DNA from: an archaeon | GTDB lineage: Archaea > Nanobdellota > Nanobdellia > Woesearchaeales > UBA9642 | Assembly: GCA_043806035.1 (NCBI GenBank) | Contig: JAZDHK010000001.1 | Coordinates: 70,138-134,137 of the forward strand | Direction: 5' to 3' | Length of the DNA stretch: 64,000 nt | Shown here: positions 37,460 through 47,517 of the stretch, in pieces | Numbering within the stretch: the stretch's first letter is position 1 | How the letters are laid out: the number at the start of each line of letters is the position of its first letter | The notes under the pieces: generated by a model | The model's database searches: none | What the model was told of the DNA's origin: nothing | Seen by the model: only the letters and a program-made list of their open reading frames with translations | Made by a program: the position numbers and the translations under genes

Positions 37460-38590
37460 CTATTTGACCTTCAGGTCATAGAGTATCTTTTCAAAGAGTG
37501 CTATCTTGTCCGCTTCTGCACTGCCGTCGTTGTTCTCCAGTGTCCAGAGCGTGCCGTGCCCGTGCTGTGCAATCGCCTCGTCAATGCAAGACTTTTTCTT
37601 TGCGCTATCATACTGGCTTTCGAGCCGCCGCCGAATTTGCTCATCAGTCAAGCCTCGTTCTTTCATTCTGCGGAGCTGGCTTGCCTTATCAGCGCATACG
37701 AGAATGACGTTATTGTTGCAGAGACTCGTGAGTTGTGATTCTGCAAGCAATGCCGCGTTGAGGAGGATGATGCCTTTCTTGTTTCTGAGTTCGTCACTCA
37801 TACCGGTCTGGAGAGGCTGGTACATGATCCTGTCGAGTTTTTCCCGTTCTGCTGGGCTGTCGAAGACTATCTCACCGAGAGCCTTCCTATTAATGCTTCC
37901 GTCAAGCAACACTGTTCCAGGGAACATTGCCGCAATTTTTTTTCTGATATCTTCGTAATCGTCAGTCGGTGTACTGCTCAGGATGGCATGTCCTATGTCA
38001 TCGACTTCAATATTGTGTATCTGTATGCCTCGTTGGTTGCCGAGCGTGACTAATTTCTGGGCGACGTATGATTTGCCACAGCCGATCTCTCCCGTAATGC
38101 CGACAATGTACTGGCCGAGCATCTTCTCTTCGAGACGCTGCTTCACGTACAGAGGAACGTACTCCTGCACGAAACCCTGTTCTTTGAGGATTGCTTTTGC
38201 CATGCTCGAACTGACGTGTGTCTGGGTGGACTTTGCAAAGAGAAGCACTGTTTTTACTTCTGGGTTGATTCTCTTGCCGGCCCGATAGAGCTTTAGTTCG
38301 TATTCAAAATCGGCACTGTCCCTTATCCCTTTTACGATGACGTTGATGCCCCGCTTGCACGCGTAGTCTACCAACAAGCCTTGAAACGAGGTAACCGTGA
38401 CGTTCGGAATGTGCTCGAGGGAATGCGTTGCCATGTCCGTCCTTTCCTCGAGTGTGAAGAGATACTTCTTGTCTGGATTGACGCCTATTGCAACGGTGAC
38501 GTGTTCGAACAGTTCTGCAGCCTCTTCGACGACATTTATGTGGCCGTACGTGATGGGATCTCCCGAGAATGCGTACAGTGCTTTTGTCAT
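37460..38590 (-). CDS. coaD: Bacterial-type phosphopantetheine adenylyltransferase fused to dephospho-CoA kinase (CoaD-CoaE)
   Basis: FSGDPITYGH, NPDKKYLF, KGIRDSADFEYE, VSSS; then GITGEIGCGKS, INRKALGEIVF, AALLAE. Confidence 0.9.
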   Translation of the reverse strand: MTKALYAFSGDPITYGHINVVEEAAELFEHVTVAIGVNPDKKYLFTLEERTDMATHSLEHIPNVTVTSFQGLLVDYACKRGINVIVKGIRDSADFEYELKLYRAGKRINPEVKTVLLFAKSTQTHVSSSMAKAILKEQGFVQEYVPLYVKQRLEEKMLGQYIVGITGEIGCGKSYVAQKLVTLGNQRGIQIHNIEVDDIGHAILSSTPTDDYEDIRKKIAAMFPGTVLLDGSINRKALGEIVFDSPAEREKLDRIMYQPLQTGMSDELRNKKGIILLNAALLAESQLTSLCNNNVILVCADKASQLRRMKERGLTDEQIRRRLESQYDSAKKKSCIDEAIAQHGHGTLWTLENNDGSAEADKIALFEKILYDLKVK

Positions 38591-38632
38591 GTCTTTCAGA
38601 AATGCATCTTCGTTTATAAACTTTAGTATATG

Positions 38633-38650
38633 ATTCACTAAATAGTAGTT
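38633..38650. promoter_or_regulatory. Recurring 18-bp palindrome between divergent genes
   Basis: ATTCACT-AAAT-AGTAGTT, 12 bp upstream of minus-strand TTTATA. Confidence 0.55.
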
Positions 38651-38683
38651 AAAAATATAAATGCGGTGGGTTTTCTTCTGTAC

Positions 38684-39238
38684 ATGATCGTTGCCATAGA
38701 CCAGAGCGATATCGTCCTCGACAAGAAATTGCAGCACATGTGCAAGAAACCCTTCTACGGGCACCCGCACGGCTGCCCTAACTATGGCAAGAAGAAAGGC
38801 TGCCCACCGCAACCGCTCCTTGATAGGATGTTCGATTTTGACAGGCAGCTCTACGTCATCTACACTGCTTTTCCTGTCGGGAAATTTGCGGAACGCATGC
38901 ACAAACGACATGCTGACTGGACGGACAGGCAATGCTACAACCCGAGACTATGGCAGGGCACGGCACGAAAACAACACGATGCAGACGTGCAGCAATTTCT
39001 CAAGCAGTATGTGGGCTGCGCCATCATCAAAAGCCCTGAAGCGCACGGGGTCAATGTCAGCGGGCTCATGCAATCCCTTGGCGTTATCCTCGACTGGCAC
39101 TGGCCACCAAAACATAGTTTGGAAAATGTCGTCTATCAAGTGTCCCTGGGCGGCCATCCTGCCAAGAAAAACGAGAACGCAAGAATTGCCGAAGATGCTT
39201 GCATGCATAGAGCGAGTTCTTTTGGGAACAACACCTGA
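38684..39238 (+). CDS. DUF2284-like predicted metal-binding protein
   Basis: C...GCPNYGKKKGCPP and SPEAHGVNV motifs. Confidence 0.7.
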   Translation: MIVAIDQSDIVLDKKLQHMCKKPFYGHPHGCPNYGKKKGCPPQPLLDRMFDFDRQLYVIYTAFPVGKFAERMHKRHADWTDRQCYNPRLWQGTARKQHDADVQQFLKQYVGCAIIKSPEAHGVNVSGLMQSLGVILDWHWPPKHSLENVVYQVSLGGHPAKKNENARIAEDACMHRASSFGNNT

Positions 39239-39311
39239 CTTTTTCACATACGTCCATCCAGAATCCGACTGGGGCAAGAACAGACCACCCTTTCTTGGAG
39301 AAACCATTCCC

Positions 39312-40136
39312 TTATACGAGTAAGTACGCGAGTACGGAAAGGACAAAGCCGAGGAGCATCACCAAAAGAAAACTCCTTGCCAGCTTCTCCTCGGGAAAGA
39401 CGGCAGTAATGATCGCGAGCAATGCGCAGAAGGACACGTAGATCTTGTTGAGCAGCGAGAACTTCCCGAACAGGATAATCAGTACAAGGAGGAGCATTGC
39501 ACAAATCGCAGCAGCCCGTTTGCCGAACACAACAGAGAACGTCCTCTGTCCAGCATGCTTGTCTGCAGTGTAGTCCATGATGGTGCTGTATGCGTGAATG
39601 CCAATTACTCCTAACGTGACGAGAAAGAACTTCAGCGGCATGCTCCAAAGAGACGTGCCAAAACTCATCCCCAACGCGAACGGTCCGAGAAAATAGAAAC
39701 CATTGGCGATACTGTCGAGCGGAGGGCGGTTCTTGAGGCGAAGTGGCGGTGCGGAATAGGCGAACGCCACAAAAAGACAGATGACCATGGCAACGACATT
39801 CTCCGTGTTATTGGTGAGCAATGCGCTCAGCAATAGTAACGCCGAAAAGAAGAATGCAGTCCACATCACCAACCGATGCTGTTTCTTCTCGAGCAGCATG
39901 CCATCAGCCTTTCTTTTCCTCGGATTTTTCCTGTCCGCATCATGGTCGTAGACATCATTGATACCATACATGATCAACGAGAACGGAAACGAAAGCAGCA
40001 CGATCTGCAGGATTGCCTGCCAGGAAAATGGTGCTTGAGCGACGCGTAGCCCTATGAGGAAGACGAGCGGCTGGAGCAGCCAGAGCAGCGGCCTGCTGAC
40101 CATAAGCAAGGTCAGGATGGGCGAACGAGCACGCAT
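39312..40136 (-). CDS. UbiA-family prenyltransferase
   Basis: SRP, YGINDVYDHDAD, YSAPPLRLK, DYTADK motifs; multiple TMs. Confidence 0.9.
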   Translation of the reverse strand: MRARSPILTLLMVSRPLLWLLQPLVFLIGLRVAQAPFSWQAILQIVLLSFPFSLIMYGINDVYDHDADRKNPRKRKADGMLLEKKQHRLVMWTAFFFSALLLLSALLTNNTENVVAMVICLFVAFAYSAPPLRLKNRPPLDSIANGFYFLGPFALGMSFGTSLWSMPLKFFLVTLGVIGIHAYSTIMDYTADKHAGQRTFSVVFGKRAAAICAMLLLVLIILFGKFSLLNKIYVSFCALLAIITAVFPEEKLARSFLLVMLLGFVLSVLAYLLV

Positions 40137-40191
40137 GGCAAAGGCATGGTGAAAAAAGTTTATATGTGTTTGCATGTGTGGTTAACAATCA

Positions 40192-41037
40192 CTACACCAA
40201 ACACTTGTAGAGTCTCGTGAGCTTCGTACCGAGCGCAGTATCCCGCCAAGCACGTTTCGAAAAGCCATATCTTTTGAGCGCTATCTCTGTAATTCCGGGA
40301 ACGCAGAGGACGGTCATGTGCGTGAACTGCTTGCTTTTGAGATACTGCTCCACTGTGGTGTACAGCAGGCCCATGTTCGTCACCGTGTCAAGACCTTTGC
40401 TCTCCTCCGCGTTGATGAATTGCAAATAAAATGTGCCTTTTTTGCGGGGATAGCCTTGGATGCTCGTCACCACTCTCTGCTCTTTTTCGAGCGTGAACTT
40501 CCACACTACAGGATGGTTTGCAATGCGGAGCAGCACGCGTCCTCTTTCCGTTTCTGCAAGGAGGGATGGCTCACCGTACTTTGTGCGTATCCTGGTCATG
40601 ACCGTTGTCAAGAAGCTGCGATAGGATTTTGTGTTTTCCTCCACGAATGCATGCACATGCTGAGCGGTAGTCTGGAGTTGCTGCAGGATTTTCTCTTCCT
40701 CCTGCACGAGCGTCCAGAATTGTCCTTTTCCTCTCCATTCAGAGAACAGCTGAAGATTCTTCTCAAGAAAGTATATCTGTTGTTCTTGGAGTACAGAGGT
40801 GAGCTGCTGCATATCTTCCTGAATGGTCGGCTGATACGTTGCTAATCCGTCAGCGGGTAGCTTGCGTATGCTTTTCAGCAGCAGTCGTGATTGTTCTGCA
40901 CAGGTAGCAAGCAATACCTTCAGCTGACGTTCCCGTAGCGTGCTCCATTGTCCGAGGAGCGTGTTGAGGGCTTGTCTCTTTGCAACACTCGCGTGAAGCA
41001 TTGCCTGCAATTGCCTGTCCGCCCCTTTCCAGTTCAC
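40192..41037 (-). CDS. Hypothetical protein (coiled N-terminus, possible GNAT-like C-terminus)
   Basis: 281-aa ORF; C-terminal KRYGF pattern weakly GNAT-like. Confidence 0.55.
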   Translation of the reverse strand: MNWKGADRQLQAMLHASVAKRQALNTLLGQWSTLRERQLKVLLATCAEQSRLLLKSIRKLPADGLATYQPTIQEDMQQLTSVLQEQQIYFLEKNLQLFSEWRGKGQFWTLVQEEEKILQQLQTTAQHVHAFVEENTKSYRSFLTTVMTRIRTKYGEPSLLAETERGRVLLRIANHPVVWKFTLEKEQRVVTSIQGYPRKKGTFYLQFINAEESKGLDTVTNMGLLYTTVEQYLKSKQFTHMTVLCVPGITEIALKRYGFSKRAWRDTALGTKLTRLYKCLV

Positions 41038-41198
41038 GCCTTCTCCGAACAGTTTGAATTTAAATTACTTCTGTTCCCTGCCTTTTTGGAATGCACAATC
41101 CTTGCTCCGGATGACGTGTGGGTGTACGTATCGAGGGCAATCGCAACAGAGCCCATATCCTGAAAACATTTAAATACAGCGGACGTTCGCATATGTGC

Positions 41199-42128
41199 AT
41201 GGTGGGTGTGACATCTCAGAACAGCAGCGAACCGAGTAACCTGGGAGAACTGTACAAAACTATTGTGGACACTGCGCAAGTCATCATTCTCATATTGACC
41301 AAGGACGGCAAGATAGACTATTTCAACCAGTACATGCAAACGATGACCGGTTACTCCTTAGAGGAAGTGCGAGGGAAGGACTGGTTTGACACCTTCCTGC
41401 CTGCAAAAGATCACGAGAGGATACGAGCGCTATTCAAAACAGCCATTCAAGGCATACTAACGAAAGGCAACAGCAACGCTATACTCACCAAAGATAAAAG
41501 AGAACGCTTGATCGAATGGTATGACAAAACTCTCAAAGATGCAGACGGCAGCATCATTGGCGTGCTCGCCACAGGCCAGGACATCACCGAGAGCAAGGCA
41601 GCAGAACAGAAACTACAGGAGAGCGAGGAAAAATTCAGGCTCCTTTTCGAGACATCACGCGACGCCATCATGACGCTAGAACCTCCCACCTGGAAGTTCA
41701 CGGACTGCAATCGAGCGACTATCGATATGTTCAAAGCAAAAGACAAGAACGAATTCATCTCAGTGGGGCCCTGGGACGTATCTCCTGCAAAGCAGCCCGA
41801 TGGCAGAGACTCGTTGGAGAAAGCACCCGTGATGATTGGCAATGCCATTCGTGACGGCAGTGCCTTTTTCGAGTGGACGCACAAACGCATCAATGGGGAT
41901 GATTTTCCCGCAACAGTCCTTCTAACTAAGATGGAACGAAAAGGAAAAATAGTGGTGCAGGCGACGGTCAGAGACATCACTGAAATGAAGAAAGCAGAGC
42001 AGACACTGCGTGCAAAAAATGAGGAATTAGAACGCTTCAACAAGTTGACCGTGGGGAGAGAATTGAAAATGGTCGAGCTGAAGAACAAAATAGCCGCACT
42101 AGAAGAGCAACTGCACAAAAAACAATAA
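41199..42128 (+). CDS. Tandem PAS/PAC sensor protein without output domain
   Basis: Two PAS domains ending DITE, followed by a coiled coil VGRELKMVELK. Confidence 0.85.
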   Translation: MVGVTSQNSSEPSNLGELYKTIVDTAQVIILILTKDGKIDYFNQYMQTMTGYSLEEVRGKDWFDTFLPAKDHERIRALFKTAIQGILTKGNSNAILTKDKRERLIEWYDKTLKDADGSIIGVLATGQDITESKAAEQKLQESEEKFRLLFETSRDAIMTLEPPTWKFTDCNRATIDMFKAKDKNEFISVGPWDVSPAKQPDGRDSLEKAPVMIGNAIRDGSAFFEWTHKRINGDDFPATVLLTKMERKGKIVVQATVRDITEMKKAEQTLRAKNEELERFNKLTVGRELKMVELKNKIAALEEQLHKKQ

Positions 42129-42143
42129 AAAAATTCTGTTTCA

Positions 42144-42329
42144 TCAAAAAAACATTTTTTTGAAAAGAGGTACGAGCAGAACAATCGTTATGATGAGATA
42201 CCAGTACCACGCAATGCCTAGCACGACGTCCCTGAACCCTGCCCACGCCGTCATCAGGAAAAGCGTGGTAAAAAACACAGCCAACTTTATCAACGAGACG
42301 TCATACCACTTCATGTTCTTAAGCAACGT
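42144..42329 (-). CDS. Small two-TM membrane protein
   Basis: Hydrophobic ~60-aa ORF with GAGGTGA SD, downstream of the MFS-like gene; exact start uncertain (about 42330-42341). Confidence 0.5.
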   Translation of the reverse strand, partial: TLLKNMKWYDVSLIKLAVFFTTLFLMTAWAGFRDVVLGIAWYWYLIITIVLLVPLFKKMFF

Positions 42330-42347
42330 ATTCATGTTCATTTTTCT

Positions 42348-42929
42348 TCACCTCGTGTTTAACTGTCTTCTGAATCGTATTGCAAGAAACGTGCTGATGA
42401 ACGACAGTACAATCATGACGGCAAACAATGCATTGAATCCGAAACGTTGCACGATAGCCGCACCGATGAATGCTGCCGCTCCCATGATGAACGAGTTTAT
42501 CGCCTGATTCATTCCCCATTCAGACGCAAATTTTGTCTTATCCAAATACCAAGAGAACAATGAATTGTATGATGGCGTACCGAATGCTTCGCCCAATGCC
42601 AGAAACAGCTGGATTGCATAGATGTGCCATAATGAACTTGCGAACAGGTATCCTGTCCATCCGACGACCCGCATAAGAAAGCCGGCAACCAAGAAATAAT
42701 CCGCATACTTGAGATGGTTCTCGTACCTGCTGATAAAAAACACGAAAACGCCAGAGCAAATGATGTACACCGCCCAGATAAGGCCGACATGGATGACATC
42801 AGTAGATAGTTTCTGTATGAACAATGCGTACAACGGTGCAAACATGTTTATGGCAAAAACAAAAAAGCCATTGATAAAAATCAGGTCCTTGATTTGCTTG
42901 TGCACGATGCTGTTCTTCTGTTTAGACAT
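42348..42929 (-). CDS. Half-size (6-TM) MFS-like membrane protein
   Basis: 193 aa with MFS-like helices (GEAFGTPSY, GAAAFIGAAIVQRFGF). Confidence 0.7.
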   Translation of the reverse strand: MSKQKNSIVHKQIKDLIFINGFFVFAINMFAPLYALFIQKLSTDVIHVGLIWAVYIICSGVFVFFISRYENHLKYADYFLVAGFLMRVVGWTGYLFASSLWHIYAIQLFLALGEAFGTPSYNSLFSWYLDKTKFASEWGMNQAINSFIMGAAAFIGAAIVQRFGFNALFAVMIVLSFISTFLAIRFRRQLNTR

Positions 42930-43185
42930 TAATAAATGTTGTGCTGTGCTTTATTCAGTTGCTGAACGGCATTGTCCTGAATACTGCTTTTTTCGATAAA
43001 TTTGATCTGAACAATTGATGACAGAGGATGGGCAACTGGCTCCACAGCGGAAAAATAGAAGCATTTAAAAAGGAATACACCCCTCTCCGTGTATCAGAAC
43101 TTATTAACTGTTTGTCACTTAAACCTTTTGTTTAACAAATGTGTTATGCTGATTCTGAGACACAAGAGTAAGTGAGGTAGAAAAA

Positions 43186-43476
43186 ATGAATGGAAAAGTA
43201 AAGTTTTTCAATGAAATGAAAGGATTCGGATTCATCGCTGGTGAAGACGGGAAAGAAATCTTCGTACACCAATCAGCAGTAGAAGCAGGCGTCACGCTGC
43301 ACGAGAATGATGCAGTCACGTTCGACGTGGAGCAAGGCGACAGAGGACCAAAAGCCGCCCATGTGAAGAAAGGAACTGCAGAAGCCAAAGCGCCAAAAGC
43401 AGCCAAGGTAGAAGAACAGCCTGCCGACGAAGAGCAATCTGATGACGAAGAATCAAGTGAAGACGAAGAGAAGTAA
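43186..43476 (+). CDS. cspA: Cold-shock protein with acidic tail
   Basis: GKVKFFNEMKGFGFI (RNP1), IFVHQS (RNP2), GDRGPKA. Confidence 0.95.
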   Translation: MNGKVKFFNEMKGFGFIAGEDGKEIFVHQSAVEAGVTLHENDAVTFDVEQGDRGPKAAHVKKGTAEAKAPKAAKVEEQPADEEQSDDEESSEDEEK

Positions 43477-43575
43477 TTGCTAAAACATTTTTCTTTTTTT
43501 TCCTATTTTCTCAACGTGTAGATATAACTGATAATAAGAAAGTTTAAAAAAGGGCACTCCGGATAAGATGCTGTT

Positions 43576-44190
43576 ATGTTCAATATGACTGAAGTGGCTG
43601 CTGCCAGCATTTCAATAACGGAAATACAGTCGTCAATACAGCCATTACTCCTTTTCATTTTCGGCGTTGTCGTCTATTCCATATTCATCTTCAAATTTTA
43701 CCGATTCCTGGCAAGAAAAGATATTTTCAAGCTCTCCCTCCACAAATACAACAAGACTTTTCTCGGTGTGATGAAGGCAATATTCGGTGTAGTCCTCTAC
43801 ATACTCGAGTATTTGATCATATTCCCCATCTTCATCCTGTTCTGGTTCGGGGTTATCTCACTCATACTGATTGTGCTGTCTACCACGGTTGATGTGAGCC
43901 AGATCTTGTTAGTAGCCATGGCGCTCGTTGCGTCCATACGCATAACGGCATTCTACAATGAAGACCTCTCAAAAGATCTGGCAAAAATGTTCCCCTTCGC
44001 ACTCCTCGCTGTCTTCCTCCTCGACATAACCGTATTCTCCTATTCTACCTTCCTTGCCCGATTGAGTATCATACCTGGATTGTGGAAGCAGATGCTCTAC
44101 TACCTCATGTTTACCATCGTGCTCGAACTCATCTTACGTGTGGGCTATAGCATCTTGAAACCCCGTGTTTCTAAGCATGAAGAAGGCTAG
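43576..44190 (+). CDS. Hypothetical polytopic membrane protein
   Basis: About five TM segments; TATA upstream. Confidence 0.75.
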   Translation: MFNMTEVAAASISITEIQSSIQPLLLFIFGVVVYSIFIFKFYRFLARKDIFKLSLHKYNKTFLGVMKAIFGVVLYILEYLIIFPIFILFWFGVISLILIVLSTTVDVSQILLVAMALVASIRITAFYNEDLSKDLAKMFPFALLAVFLLDITVFSYSTFLARLSIIPGLWKQMLYYLMFTIVLELILRVGYSILKPRVSKHEEG

Positions 44191-44193
44191 CTC

Positions 44194-44523
44194 ATGACTG
44201 ATTGGATTGTGAAGGACGGATATGAAACGAAAACTCTTGCAGACAGCAAAGACCTCAATCAAGAAGAAACACAAATTCAGCTCGTCAGATTTCATAAGGG
44301 CAAATATGCACATCATCACAAGATAAAGACTGAATTCTTTTACTTTCTGAAAGGAAAAGGCAAAGCGGTTGTGGATGAAAAGATGATTTCTTTGTCTGCA
44401 GGTGTGACAGTGCTCGTACGGCCAAACACCATGCATACGTTCATAAATGAATCAGACGAGCCACTTGAGGCAATCATGTTCAAGACGAAACACACAAAAG
44501 AAGATACCTTCACCTCTAAATAA
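44194..44523 (+). CDS. Cupin-domain protein
   Basis: HHHK..TEFFYFLKGKG and PNTMHTFIN cupin motifs. Confidence 0.88.
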   Translation: MTDWIVKDGYETKTLADSKDLNQEETQIQLVRFHKGKYAHHHKIKTEFFYFLKGKGKAVVDEKMISLSAGVTVLVRPNTMHTFINESDEPLEAIMFKTKHTKEDTFTSK

Positions 44524-44742
44524 TAGAAATCTCGAATACAGTTGCACAACGTCATCTGTGCTGGCCTTCATCCTGAATCTCTTTCGCATCCCGCTCCGCA
44601 AGACATTATAGACAGCTGCCGTATACGAGTCTTCACGCAATGGAATTGTTTGTTGATTGCTCCGCTCGGGGATGCACGAGACGCTCAGGATGAAGCCTAT
44701 TGCACATAAACATATATAAATGAGGAATAGTTTTGAGATGGC

Positions 44743-46515
44743 ATGCACTATCTCTCTTTGGTCGAACTCTACGAGCAGCTCGAGAAGACAACGAGCAGGC
44801 TAGAAAAGACGACGCTCATCGCCAAATTTCTCATGCACGTTTCTGAAGAGAGCCTGCCTGAGGTGCTGCCTTTGCTGCAGGGCAAGGTCTTCCCCGATCA
44901 TGATGAACGCAAGATAGGCGTTGCGGCACGGATCATCATCAAAGCGCTCGCTATCGCGACAGGCTATACTACTGAAAAGGTAGAGGCGCACTGGAAAAGG
45001 CAAGGGGATCTAGGCAAGGCGGCAGAATTGCTGATTGGTAAAAAGAGTCAGAACACACTCTTTTCCTCCTCTTTGACCGTCAGCAAGGTCATGGCGAACA
45101 CGCACAAGCTCGCCAGCATGGAAGGTGCAGGAACAGTCGACAATAAGGTGAAGCTCATCGCCGAGCTCCTCACCTCCGCCCAGCAACTTGAAGCGAAATA
45201 CATTGTTCGGCTGCTGCTTGAGGAATTGCGCATCGGCCTAGGAGAGGGAACGTTGCGTGACGCCATCGTCTATGCGTATCTCGTCAAAGGAGAGCCCGTC
45301 TATGACAAGGCGAGCAAGAGCATCATCCTTGCTGATGAGGAAAGAGAAAAATATGCAGCGTATGCTGCTGCCGTGCAGACTGCGCTGGATCTTACGAATG
45401 ACGTCGTTGCTGTCGCCCTTGCAGCAAAGGATGGTGTGCAAGCGCTCGGCAAGCTCAGCATGAAACCTGGCATTCCCGTCAAGGTGATGCTCGCCCAGAA
45501 AGTAGGCACGATGGAAGAAGGACTTGCTGCAGTTGGAATTCCTGCAGCACTCGAATACAAGTATGACGGGTTCAGGATGCAAATCCACAAAGTGGGCAAG
45601 CAGGTGAAGCTCTTCACGAGACGACTTGAAGAGGTAACAAAGCAATTTCCCGAGGTAGTCAAGGCGATCGAAGAACACGTTAAGGGAGACACGTTCATCC
45701 TTGACGGAGAGGCAGTCGGCATAAAAGACGGCAAGTACAGGCCCTTCCAAGAGGTCAGCCAGCGCATCAAGCGAAAGTATGACATTGCCGAGATAGCCAG
45801 AGCGTTTCCTGTCGAACTGAACATTTTCGACATACTCTACAATGGAGAGACCTTGCTCAACGTACCTTTTGAAAAAAGGAGAGCGTTGTTGGAAGGCATG
45901 GTTTCTGAAAAGAAAGGGTTCATCTGCCTGGCAAAGCAAGTGCGCACTGATTCTGAGCGAAAGGCTGAAGACTTCTACAAGCAGAGCTTGGCTGCAGGCA
46001 ATGAGGGAATCATGCTTAAGAACATCAATGGCGTGTACAAGCCAGGAAGCAGGGTTGGTTACATGGTGAAGCTCAAACCGGTCATGGAAACGCTCGATCT
46101 TGCCATCGTTGGTGCTGAATGGGGTGAAGGAAAGCGGGGCAAGTGGCTTGCGTCCTTTGTTCTTGCTTGCTTTGATGAGGAATCAGGGCAGTTCAAGGAA
46201 CTAGGCAAGGTGGGCACGGGTATAAAGGAGCTTGAGGCAGAGGAGCTGTCTGATGATCATGTCACTTTTGCCCAGCTTACCGAGCTGCTCAAGCCGTTCA
46301 TTGTGCAGGATAAGGGAAAGGAGGTCTCCGTCCAGCCAAGCATAGTCATTGAGGTCAACTATGAGGAAATACAGGCAAGCCCTACATACACGTCAGGATT
46401 CGCGCTCAGGTTTCCACGAGTCATCAGATTACGATCAGATAGGGATGCGAGGGACATTTCGACGTTGTCTTTTGTCAGGGAACTCTATGAAAAACAAAGG
46501 CACAGAAGAAACTGA
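44743..46515 (+). CDS. lig: ATP-dependent DNA ligase
   Basis: EYKYDGFRMQIH (motif I), LDGEAV, FDIL, EGIMLK, KLKP, ALRFPR. Confidence 0.97.
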   Translation: MHYLSLVELYEQLEKTTSRLEKTTLIAKFLMHVSEESLPEVLPLLQGKVFPDHDERKIGVAARIIIKALAIATGYTTEKVEAHWKRQGDLGKAAELLIGKKSQNTLFSSSLTVSKVMANTHKLASMEGAGTVDNKVKLIAELLTSAQQLEAKYIVRLLLEELRIGLGEGTLRDAIVYAYLVKGEPVYDKASKSIILADEEREKYAAYAAAVQTALDLTNDVVAVALAAKDGVQALGKLSMKPGIPVKVMLAQKVGTMEEGLAAVGIPAALEYKYDGFRMQIHKVGKQVKLFTRRLEEVTKQFPEVVKAIEEHVKGDTFILDGEAVGIKDGKYRPFQEVSQRIKRKYDIAEIARAFPVELNIFDILYNGETLLNVPFEKRRALLEGMVSEKKGFICLAKQVRTDSERKAEDFYKQSLAAGNEGIMLKNINGVYKPGSRVGYMVKLKPVMETLDLAIVGAEWGEGKRGKWLASFVLACFDEESGQFKELGKVGTGIKELEAEELSDDHVTFAQLTELLKPFIVQDKGKEVSVQPSIVIEVNYEEIQASPTYTSGFALRFPRVIRLRSDRDARDISTLSFVRELYEKQRHRRN

Positions 46516-46881
46516 TAAAAAATATTTTTTCTGAACTATTCTTTTCATAACATATTTTGTCGTATGTTCTTCTTTCGTAAAACGTTCATGCTTTTGTCGT
46601 CGTATTTGATGAGAATTCGTACATTCTGTAGACTATATTCTAAAATATATTTTTTGTAAAATGTTTTGTTTGTTTCTCGCATAGTTGCTGCAGCTGCAGT
46701 CAGAGAACACATTTTTTTCATAAGCTATCCTCCCTCATAGAAAATGAATAATTCTTTGGCGAAAGACTGTTGCCTTGTTTTTTCTTCACTCGTGGCTTTC
46801 ATTAAAAAAATTCTATTTCAAAAATGAAACAATGTTTCAAAAATGAAAAAATTTAAATAGGAGCTTGTAGATAGCAAATTC

Positions 46882-47421
46882 GTGGATCAGATAAAATTGC
46901 TGGAAAGCATGTTTGACAGGAAGGCAATAGTCATCCTGCGCCTTTTCCTGAACAATCCCGATAAGCAATATTACGTTAGAGAGGTGGCAAAAGCGACAAA
47001 ACAGCCCATAGCCACCACGTTCAGGGCACTCCAGAAATATTTGGGAATGGGCATTATTGCCCAAACGAAGATCAAGCATCTCAAGATTTATCAACTGCAA
47101 AAAAACGACAACACCTCTTTTCTCCAGCAGCTCTTCGAGGAAAAGAAATCGATCCTGCAAAGCTTCATCGACCAAGTATCGACGATAGAAGGCGTTTCAG
47201 AGCTCTTGTTGCATGGCAAGGAGGAAAAGGAGAAGGCGAATATAGTGATTATTGGCAAGTCAATTGATGACATGCGCGTTAGAGAGATCGTTGTTGCAAT
47301 CAAGAACGAATACAATTTCACTATAAGCCATCTCATCCTGAGCCAGGAACAATTTGCGCAGATGGAAGCCATGGGATTATTCCCTGGCAAGAAGACCGCT
47401 CTCTTTGAACGAAAACAGTAA
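46882..47421 (+). CDS. wHTH protein with degenerate nucleotidyltransferase-like domain
   Basis: ILRLF..NP...YVREVAK HTH; LLLHGK...ANIVIIG resembles an MNT lacking the GS/DxD residues. Confidence 0.65.
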   Translation: MDQIKLLESMFDRKAIVILRLFLNNPDKQYYVREVAKATKQPIATTFRALQKYLGMGIIAQTKIKHLKIYQLQKNDNTSFLQQLFEEKKSILQSFIDQVSTIEGVSELLLHGKEEKEKANIVIIGKSIDDMRVREIVVAIKNEYNFTISHLILSQEQFAQMEAMGLFPGKKTALFERKQ

Positions 47422-47491
47422 AACATATCTTGAAATGATATTCTTACAGAACAGTAATATTTAAATATTAGTTATTTGATGAAAAAGGCAG

Positions 47492-47517
47492 AAATGATGT
47501 TAACATTAACATCATTT
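47492..47517. promoter_or_regulatory. Perfect 12-2-12 inverted repeat at the putative ftsZ transcription start
   Basis: AAATGATGTTAA-CA-TTAACATCATTT about 25 nt downstream of TATA-like ATATTTAAATA. Confidence 0.5.

Noticed and set aside
38591-38932. N-terminal extension of the 490-aa CoaD-CoaE ORF
   Set aside because: It overlaps the divergent DUF2284-like gene and the promoter; CoaD homology begins at MTKALY (38590).
44452-44748. 98-aa minus-strand ORF with a lipoprotein-like N-terminus
   Set aside because: It overlaps the cupin end, the ligase promoter and the ligase start; a shorter real gene is possible but unsupported.
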